Origin: Octopus bimaculoides
Lineage: Eukaryota
Length of the DNA stretch: 64,000 bases
Assembly: GCF_001194135.2 (NCBI RefSeq)
Contig: NC_068989.1
Location: 35,620,708-35,684,707 of the forward strand
Direction: 5' to 3'
Shown here: piece after piece, positions 60,201-64,000 of the stretch
Layout: each line of letters starts with the position of its first letter
How positions within the stretch are numbered: the stretch's first letter is position 1
Program-made: the position numbers and the translations under genes
The notes under the pieces: model-generated
The model's input: only the letters and a program-made list of their open reading frames with translations
What the model was told of the DNA's origin: nothing
Databases searched by the model: none

Positions 60201-62414
60201 CAGCAGGGCTAAATCTGAAATCATGTAGTTGGGAAGCAAACTTCTAAACCACACATCTATGCCAGTGCCTATTAATATACGATTAAGTATAGTAATATTT
60301 CATTATTAATTAATACTTACTTATGATGTCAGCCATTAAACCTTTCATTTCTGGTAATTTGGCCAACTTCTTCAATTCTTTTCCGTCATCAAGTAAACTG
60401 GTAGCAGAATCATTTAGTCTTTTAGCCTGGAACAAAATGACAGAAAATTCTGTTAAGAAAGTAACACGTGAAATATTATAATTATTATTTACAATTGCAA
60501 TGATAGCAAAAGTAGTAACTGATGCCATAGGCAGCATAAGTTACTCTTGTTGTTCCTGAACAGATCTTCTGGCATAAAAGCAGCCATGGGATTATGATCT
60601 TTTAATTTTACTTCCCATGTACTAATCAGAGGAAGAAGGGTAGAAGTTTTTATAACCATTTACAGAGTCTCAGACCAGAGAACCGATCTAAATGCTTGTA
60701 AAGGTGTGGACTCTGCTGAAGACATTTAAGGTCTGATGATGAGCCATGTTTCATGCAACCCATTTCTCAAAAAGGGTCTCTTCATGTCTGGTGTAGATCA
60801 GCTGAGGTTATGGTAGAAAACATTTGTCTAAGGTGGTACATGATGGAATGAAACATGAAACCATGAAATGGTGAAGTGAACTTCTTCAGAGACATGCCAC
60901 TTGTAGTGAGTAATGAATACTCTGTATTTATTGCATATGTGATTCTTCATTTAGCTTTTGGACTACATTACACAATGTATTTCATTGAACGGTGATGCTT
61001 TATTGTGTGGTATGTACAGGATAATATTTCATAAGGTGGTGAGCTGGCAGAATCATTAGCACGCCGGGTGAAATGCTTAGCAGTATTTCATCTGTCTTTT
61101 TGCTCTGAGTTCAAATTACACTGAGGTCGACTTTTCCTTTCATCCTTTCAGGGATATAAAAATTAAGTACCAGTTGTGTACTGGAGTCAATCTAATCGAC
61201 TGCCCCCCCCCATCCCCCAAAATTTCGGGTTTTGTGCCTAGAGTAGAAAAGGATAATGTTTCAGCATACAATCACCATCACCATCATCATCATCATTTAA
61301 TGTCTTTTTTCCAAACTGGCATGAGTTGGATGGTTTGACAGAAGCTGGCAAACCCTCCAAGAGTGTATGTGTGTGTGTGTGTGCATGCACACATACTTAC
61401 GCATGTGCATGTGTTTGCTGGTATTTTGTGTTGGTCTGAAAGCAGTCATTATTTAACCACATATTAGCCTTAGTTGAGTAAACAAGATTAAGTGTGACCT
61501 GGTCCCTGGTCATGACCATCCTGATGTAAGTTTCATGTATCTAAGACTTCTTTCAAAATGAACTGTTAATGCAGATGATAGTGTGTGATATGACAGGATT
61601 TGGCTGCTGTTTCCAACAGGTCAAACAACTGCACAGAGACTCTCTTGTTGGCTTGTCTGTGATTCCCCAAATGTGTTGCTCATAGTTGAATGTACAGCTG
61701 CTAGAAGAACCTCCACACACTGTTAATGGTTGAATGTGCAGTTGCTAGAGCCCCCAGTGTGTAGCTAATGTAATATGTAATTGCCAGAGGCCCTCATGTG
61801 TTGCTAATGGCTGAATGTCCAGTTGCTAGAATCTCTACTGCATTGCAGTTGCTAGAGCATCTAGAGTGTTGCTTGACCTACTAGAAAATAGCAACCAAAT
61901 CTCCCTCATATTATATTCTGCTAGTGAATAAAAGAACATATTTGGGATGTGATCTTATACACATTATATCAACAAAATGACTGGATGATCATGGTCAGAA
62001 TATCTTTGATCATTGATCAGTTCAGTCAGTGCTGGCCTGGGGCTAAACAACACCAATAACCCCAAAGATCAACAATGAGTGGGTCTCTGGGTGGTCACTT
62101 CACCTACATGAAAAAGCAGCCAAATCTTCCTCAAGTCATACCTCCACTATCATAAGTAAAGAAGGATATACTACTTAATGTAGACCACGACATATGAAAA
62201 GATGATGAGAAGGCCACAGCTGGAATGGCTTTGATCAAAGGCCTGTTCAGTCAGGGTGACCTGGAGGTAAACAACAACAGCAATGCAGCCAATGACAGCA
62301 GCAGCAAAAAAAAAGTCTTACTTTGAAAAGAGATGAGCTTGCTTTCTGATTCAGATCATCAATCTCATCATCATAGTTTTTATATCTCCTTGATGGCAAC
62401 TTGTTGACTTTCTC
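11589..62414 (-). CDS. LanA: Laminin subunit alpha, LAMA3/5 (LanA)-like; partial multi-exon CDS with 17 exons (coiled coil, LG1, most of LG2)
   Basis: Hand-spliced exons give 824 stop-free codons plus 2 nt. Heptad-rich helical region, then ...SARSAANAIIVSLKMFPNTTLRL, DFLALELVNNHVVMKYDVGSG, FYIGGYP, GLWNF, GYRFDGRSY, FKTSKPNGLL, FNDGNWHSV, VYVGGY, which are LG signatures. LG1 ends in YHGAIE/FAGFRNR without the Cys pair of alpha1/2 chains, as I recall for Drosophila LanA (FSGDIE/QGARER). Confidence 0.93.
12028..12427. other. Assembly gap (other gaps: 4938-5022, 8024-8081, 13237-14127, 15381-15723, 42959-43291, 45356-45758, 56232-57036)
   Basis: Runs of N; mostly next to microsatellites or inside LINEs. 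Confidence 0.99.
12455..14782 (-). mobile_element. 5'-truncated RTE-clade LINE (RT region, gap 13237-14127)
   Basis: APGPSGITAEMLK, NYRGIKLL, QFGFVPGKSTTDAIFLVRQLQEK, LAFVDMEKAFDR ... RRLRWYGHVARM...GRGRPRKTW; (GAT)n tail; CpG largely retained. Confidence 0.95.
14900..16010. mobile_element. Unclassified CpG-richer repeat remnant spanning gap 15381-15723
   Basis: Composition differs from flanks; isolated CTGATGA/GAAAC motifs suggest a Penelope-type terminal repeat, but no folding or ORF supports this. Confidence 0.3.
16302..16520. mobile_element. Tigger/pogo-type MITE
   Basis: TIRs cagtaatcccttgaccatcg / cgatatggtgagagattactg; TA at the right end and a (TA)n tract at the left. Confidence 0.8.
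16976..17307 (-). CDS. LanA: Laminin alpha exon, LG2 (KVSATTVNDGYRFDGRSY...RKKRDGLMDCDSV)
   Basis: gtattcctgcag acceptor, gtaagt donor, 332 nt, phase 2-1. Confidence 0.96.
17992..19665. mobile_element. Cluster of four copies of one tRNA-SINE family: 17992-18206 (+), 18624-18830 (+), 19149-19356 (-), 19456-19665 (-), with (AAT)n tails
   Basis: Shared ggtgagctggcagaat..ttagcac..aaatgcttagc..gagttcaaatt..ggggtcgataaa.taagtaccag consensus; other copies at 22590-22800 (+) and 61035-61250 (+). Confidence 0.85.
18208..18497 (+). mobile_element. Helentron-associated / DINE-1-like non-autonomous element
   Basis: 5' hairpin ctctgcct-taagga-aggcagag, gtttgtttgtctgt microsatellite, then ...ctggatggatttggatgaaacttt core typical of this class. 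Confidence 0.6.
19794..19918 (-). CDS. LanA: Laminin alpha exon, end of LG1 (IPSSVTRNRYHGAIEGFMFNDYILGLWNFASGENNFAGFRN)
   Basis: ttttttgttacag acceptor, gtattt donor, 125 nt, phase 0-2; GLWNF motif; absent from the ORF track. Confidence 0.95.
19990..21215 (-). mobile_element. Penelope-like retroelement: 3' part of RT, GIY-YIG endonuclease, pseudo-LTR with decayed hammerhead
   Basis: YVDETFILW...FTMEKE...FLD; CLPYVKGLSEKIQKI; VYSIPCSCGRLYKGKT...RVEEH...IADHVW; CTGATGA motif at 20130-20136 (minus). Confidence 0.9.
21235..21572 (+). mobile_element. Inverted duplicate of the Penelope RT segment 20878-21215
   Basis: ORF 21227-21493 WLQYVDNTFILW...SVYRKPT is the reverse complement of the adjacent segment; 19-nt spacer. 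Confidence 0.92.
21575..22330 (+). mobile_element. Second, different Penelope-like element: decayed GIY-YIG region
   Basis: Frameshifted remnants C.C...CSLNNH, YVGVTEDPF..R, NVTALARH, FNIKWKI, CKLC. Confidence 0.6.
22812..22962 (-). CDS. LanA: Laminin alpha exon, LG1 (TGSLVELLVSQGNKSEVATNKSNSAFSLLELNPETTHFYIGGYPFNMNNK)
   Basis: tttcactttgcag acceptor, gtaaat donor, 151 nt, phase 2-0. Confidence 0.95.
23408..24297. mobile_element. AT-rich foldback/MITE with about 170-bp TIRs, TA-flanked
   Basis: TA|catggaaaaatgcgagcaagagaaataatattcttaagattataaacctggaaaagttc... is mirrored at 24115-24297|TA; inserted at the broken end of a mariner MITE (23259-23405). Confidence 0.85.
25159..25469 (+). mobile_element. 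Young tRNA-derived SINE with 13-bp TSD
   Basis: A box tggcccagtggtt, B box gtttcgattcc, A-rich tail; TSD actaccatagttg at 25146-25158 and 25470-25482. Confidence 0.92.
25926..26122. mobile_element. About 200-bp mariner-derived MITE family (other copies 23259-23405, 25480-25556, 34677-34730, 40609-40813, 47910-48120)
   Basis: TIR ggggtgctgaaaagttcctggcttt / aaagccaggaacttttcagcacccc, related to the ends of the mariner at 38-1056. Confidence 0.88.
26468..26750 (+). mobile_element. Old tRNA-derived SINE or tRNA pseudogene head with AT-rich body
   Basis: tagcttaatggtagag (A box) ... ggtttgagtc (B box); no cloverleaf. Confidence 0.45.
27073..27200 (-). CDS. LanA: Laminin alpha exon, LG1 (DFLALELVNNHVVMKYDVGSGITTVKNPLFVQPNVWHYIQAK)
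   Basis: cttttctttttttttttcag acceptor, gttaat donor, 128 nt, phase 0-2; absent from the ORF track. Confidence 0.95.
27549..28830 (-). mobile_element. Near full-length decayed mariner (about 1.28 kb)
   Basis: TA-flanked TIRs ttaggtcaacctataaataatgcagttttt / aaaaactgcattatttatggaatgatccaa; IVTGDEK, LHPHKVLLSV.WD, LHPPYSLDIAPADYHLF motifs with stops. Confidence 0.92.
28835..29196 (-). mobile_element. Tc1/mariner (maT-like) transposase fragment
   Basis: VFTQDGALAH...WPPSSRDISPMDFAAWSILE. Confidence 0.85.
29197..29515 (+). mobile_element. 5' LTR of a Gypsy element
   Basis: Begins TGTTG, ends CAACA, lies directly before a gag-like region. Confidence 0.7.
29516..32392 (+). mobile_element. Ty3/Gypsy internal region (gag-CCHC, protease, RT, RNase H, integrase N-terminus), decayed and 3'-truncated
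   Basis: CYQCRLTGH knuckle, ALVDTGC, LSFGLNSMP/SYIDDIL, IWCDASS, LHAMHH...CDRCQSID; PR-RT-RH-IN order; many stops. Confidence 0.93.
32393..33520 (-). mobile_element. RTE LINE 5' part (putative 5' UTR plus AP endonuclease), 3'-truncated
   Basis: VGTLK.RSNEIVEML...DVCCIQEVR, IISAYTPQ, FVAGDFNRHV, LICNTNFRKP; UTR extent approximate. Confidence 0.88.
33871..34038 (-). CDS. LanA: Laminin alpha exon, start of LG1 (IIVSLKMFPNTTLRLRSP...NGLLAYIGNPFEPAPLNE)
   Basis: aaatttcag acceptor, gtatgt donor, 168 nt, phase 0-0. Confidence 0.94.
34335..34460 (+). mobile_element. Mariner fragment
   Basis: LHPPYSPDLALADFHLFLNMKMQLKG. Confidence 0.8.
35455..35800 (-). mobile_element. Young tRNA-derived SINE
   Basis: Head and body shared with 25159-25469; different 3' half; CpG-rich. 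Confidence 0.88.
36326..36477 (-). CDS. LanA: Laminin alpha exon, end of coiled coil (NVKVKVNDIISKIVNMSSEVRSLESKSNKALVDLRKLRMQIKSARSAANA)
   Basis: cttatctaacag acceptor, gtaagt donor, 152 nt, phase 1-0. Confidence 0.94.
37317..37493 (-). CDS. LanA: Laminin alpha exon GLKKKADEISKQADKTSDTSNKLSNKADDIIDEMKKYKDLEKVNFQKIKQQIDTSLSQ
   Basis: tttttttacttag acceptor, gtatgt donor, 177 nt, phase 1-1. Confidence 0.93.
39417..40284. mobile_element. Palindromic element made of two head-to-head mariner 5' ends
   Basis: About 250-bp diverged inverted arms (39417-39660 / 40050-40284), TA at both ends; minus strand encodes HTH remnant VYEWYRHF.D.R...RSGRP...EDLGMR...KFVPKLL. Confidence 0.88.
40439..40540 (-). 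CDS. LanA: Laminin alpha exon WENAIADVKRKVDQVDKGNEEIRDKLALIQIKP
   Basis: catatatttcag acceptor, gtgagt donor, 102 nt, phase 1-1; absent from the ORF track on this strand. Confidence 0.9.
41708..42949 (-). mobile_element. Tc1/mariner (maT-like) transposon, decayed
   Basis: IDNDPSKSIRSIARDMGVSE, WFFSDKK, IMIFGVITSDG, YVWKQNS, WPPNSLDCNPLDYYVWG; TA|cagggtg end. Confidence 0.9.
44768..44858 (-). CDS. LanA: Laminin alpha exon LKGVSEAAKKSKDVSDKNLKQAKNVDNSLK
   Basis: ttttgtgtag acceptor, gtaaga donor, 91 nt, phase 0-1. Confidence 0.9.
44863..44985. repeat. 19-bp minisatellite, 6.5 units, alternating variants
   Basis: acaaaataaacattag(t/c)aa x6; abuts the acceptor of exon 44768-44858. Confidence 0.97.
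45043..46014 (+). mobile_element. 5'-truncated RTE LINE 3' end (gap 45356-45758)
   Basis: SFRYLG, YDACVRTTMLHGSETWAVT, RNEASMLRWMC; tail ...ggacgttaaacgatgatgatg. Confidence 0.92.
47174..47312 (-). CDS. LanA: Laminin alpha exon QYFTFKNQSDPSLDAATAYKKIVDSINEAQKAAKNALNKSTIAQKE
   Basis: ctccatttacag acceptor, gtaaga donor, 139 nt, phase 2-0; A.AY..IV..I..A motif typical of the laminin alpha coiled coil. Confidence 0.94.
48270..48430 (-). CDS. LanA: Laminin alpha exon MLPKLLSRLDAAINRLRFDVANEHDTKIKPVKDLVEKALNHSDSLVDAFDLIQ
   Basis: ttttttatcatctcag acceptor, gtaagt donor, 161 nt, phase 0-2. Confidence 0.93.
48510..48795. repeat. Degenerate minisatellite, about 26-28-bp unit
   Basis: gatagacaaaggtatagctgttggctgt-like units, roughly 10 copies. 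Confidence 0.8.
49535..49751. mobile_element. piggyBac-type MITE
   Basis: TTAA|ccttttcgatac...gtaacaaaaggg|TTAA; related decayed copy at about 11700-11915. Confidence 0.75.
50727..50843 (-). CDS. LanA: Laminin alpha exon EFEEQLKKNISEIKKLQDMTQDNLTKIEDVVDNIKKKNK
   Basis: atatttttatcag acceptor, gtttgt donor, 117 nt, phase 0-0; absent from the ORF track. Confidence 0.88.
51580..52490 (+). pseudogene. Frameshifted gag-like ORF1 (RRM-like region plus CCHC knuckle) of a Tx1/L1-type non-LTR element, no ORF2
   Basis: ORFs 51471-52220 and 52207-52488: GTVEVRF, IRIGRLP, VVVEGRPPTCYHCGEKGHIKIKCP; family assignment from motif pattern only. Confidence 0.65.
53598..54408 (+). mobile_element. Old RTE LINE 3' fragment
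   Basis: RIGWRKFRELL, LYDACIQTATLH..ETW, RNEASILCWMC; gatgatgatg tail. Confidence 0.88.
54641..54828 (-). CDS. LanA: Laminin alpha exon MHKVNQLMQPVIKEQKKLNRTNEKINDMTKRLMAIAKDIKNSKMNSVTALRMLKALEHSKDL
   Basis: tttcccttgtag acceptor, gtaagt donor, 188 nt, phase 1-0. Confidence 0.93.
55184..55403. mobile_element. piggyBac-type MITE family (other copies 16652-16860, 51087-51290, 59005-59217)
   Basis: TTAA|ccctttaacatt...aatgctaaaggg|TTAA. Confidence 0.82.
55979..57297 (+). mobile_element. 5'-truncated RTE (BovB-like) LINE of a second family (gap 56232-57036)
   Basis: GVKQGDILAPTLFSLYF, YRSSGRLFNLRR, LLYADD; C-terminal C2H2-like LICNVCSLVCLSRAGLISHQR; catcat end. Confidence 0.93.
57552..57710 (-). 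CDS. LanA: Laminin alpha exon MINYIRQINIGEKQETLEQLLEKAHKLKKAIIDRNFMKPQQKSEKELDEANK
   Basis: atgttttcag acceptor, gtaaaa donor, 159 nt, phase 1-1. Confidence 0.92.
60321..60426 (-). CDS. LanA: Laminin alpha exon AKRLNDSATSLLDDGKELKKLAKLPEMKGLMADII
   Basis: ttttgttccag acceptor, gtaagt donor, 106 nt, phase 0-1. Confidence 0.92.
61430..62280. repeat. Head-to-head and tandem copies of an old SINE-like repeat around an internal minisatellite
   Basis: ggatttggctgctgtttccaacaggtcaa (61597) is inverted at 61874-61903 and again near 62097-62125; ...cagttgctagag... units at 61670-61865. Confidence 0.6.
62322..62414 (-). CDS. LanA: Laminin alpha exon (coiled coil) EKVNKLPSRRYKNYDDEIDDLNQKASSSLFK
   Basis: tttctatttttcccag acceptor, gtaaga donor, 93 nt, phase 0-0; absent from the ORF track. 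Confidence 0.85.
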
Positions 62415-63059
62415 CTGGGAAAAATAGAAATGGAAAAGATGAATGGAGATTTACTTCACTGACTGACGGGATCAACATTAATACAGAAGGATTTACATTC
62501 ATAGTAAAGCAACTGTAGGGTCAATATTAATACTGAAGGATTATAATCTGAAGGATTATAGAGCAACAGGAAGGCTCAGCATTAACATTGAGAGTTTACA
62601 TTATGGTACAGTAATAGATTTTGTAGGCATGGGTAGAAGAGATTTTGGGTGGCCACAACATAGAATGTAAGTGACAAAGAAATTTCTGTTTTACAATTAA
62701 TGAATTAAAATTTTTTTAGATTGTTTAGCATTCATGTATTTCTAGATGTGATTAGCAGTGTAAATCAGGTGAGATATCTTCTATTTGAAACTGAAACCAT
62801 GTTAAAGACAAAACTTATCAGCAGTTTGTCTTTGATCATATATATACTAAAATGCAATTGGTGACTCATCGGTCATGTTAGAATAAAAAAAAGTAAAACA
62901 ACAAATGGAGTGGGAGTGGGCAACAATCACAGATGCTAAAGCAGGTGAACTGTATTCAGAGGTTTTGCTCTGTAGTTTAATGAAAATAGTACTGCAAATT
63001 TTTATCATAAATTGCTTTTAGTTTATCATCTTCGTATACACAGACACATGTATATAAAT

Positions 63060-63745
63060 CATCATCATCATTATCGTTTAACGTCCACTTTCCATGCTGG
63101 CATGGGTTGGACGGTTTGACTGAGGACTAGCAAGCCAGGAGGCTGCACCAAACTCCAATCTGATCTGGCAAAATTTCTACAGCTGGATGCTCTTCCTAAC
63201 ACCAACCACTCTGAGAGTGTATTGGGTGCTTTTTACACCAGAATGGGACCAGTCAGGTGGCACTGGCATTGACCACGCTTGAATGGTTCTTTTTTATATG
63301 CCACCAGTACGGGAGCCAGTCAGGCATCAACCATGCTTGAATGATGCTTTTTAAGTGCCAGTCAGGCAGTACTAGCATTGGCCATGACAATGATTTCACT
63401 TGACTCAACAGGTCTTCTCAAGCACAGCATATTGCCTGGTAATTGAAGGGTACTCTTAAATGGGCCAGTTACGCAATATTGGCATAGTCCATGGCTATGA
63501 TCTCACTTGGCTTGCTGGGTTTTCTCAAGCACAGCAAATTTCCAAAGGTCTTGGTCACTTGTCATTGCTTCTGTGAGGCCCAACATTCAAAGGTTGGGCT
63601 TCACTTCATCCCAGGTCTTCCTGAGTCTACCTCTTCCACAGGTTCCCTCCACTGTTAGGGTGCGACACTCCCTCACACAACTGCCCTCATCCATATGCAA
63701 CACATGACCATACCAGTGCAGTTATCTCTCCTGCACACCAAATCT
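63060..63745 (-). mobile_element. RTE LINE 3' fragment
   Basis: Collinear with 12455-13236; WYGHVLHMDEG...GTCGRGRLRKTW; (GAT)n tail. Confidence 0.9.
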
Positions 63746-63962
63746 GTATATATATGTTATGTGAACAATAATATATTTTCCATTTTCCATGCTTGCCCTT
63801 TCTGATACCAACCCATATTTACGTTTCCAAGTAGAAGATAATATATTTTATTGATTTCATCAATCTAAAACCTGTGAGCAAACGTGTGTGCACACACATT
63901 CACACATGCATACACACACATGTATATGTATGTGCATGCATAGGAGCATATAAATATGTATG

Positions 63963-64000
<38 letters not shown>

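Overview
Eukaryotic, AT-rich, repeat-dense genomic DNA with 8 assembly gaps. The SINE/RTE/microsatellite landscape suggests an Octopus (coleoid cephalopod) draft assembly; this is inference. One protein-coding gene runs across most of the window on the minus strand: a laminin alpha chain of the LAMA3/5 (Drosophila LanA-like) type. I hand-spliced 17 exons (62414 to 11589, 2474 nt, all GT-AG, all phases compatible) encoding the distal coiled coil, LG1 and most of LG2. The gene begins beyond 64000 and should continue below position 1. The introns hold decayed Tc1/mariner elements and MITEs, piggyBac-type MITEs, tRNA-derived SINEs, RTE LINEs, a Gypsy LTR element and Penelope-like elements. Most interesting: (i) a minimal hammerhead ribozyme (2491-2533, minus strand) with a compensatory U3-A8 core, plus a perfect 25-nt antisense arm about 220 nt upstream on the same strand that could mask it; (ii) a frame-compatible 15-nt micro-exon candidate in LG2; (iii) a 338-bp-arm Penelope RT palindrome; (iv) a gag-knuckle ORF1 carrying a Penelope terminal-repeat tail; (v) a minisatellite built from a branch point plus polypyrimidine tract; (vi) many long inverted repeats that could form dsRNA in the pre-mRNA. 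No prokaryotic features, CRISPR arrays, rRNA or intact tRNA genes were found. Repeat boundaries are by eye unless a TSD or TIR is quoted.
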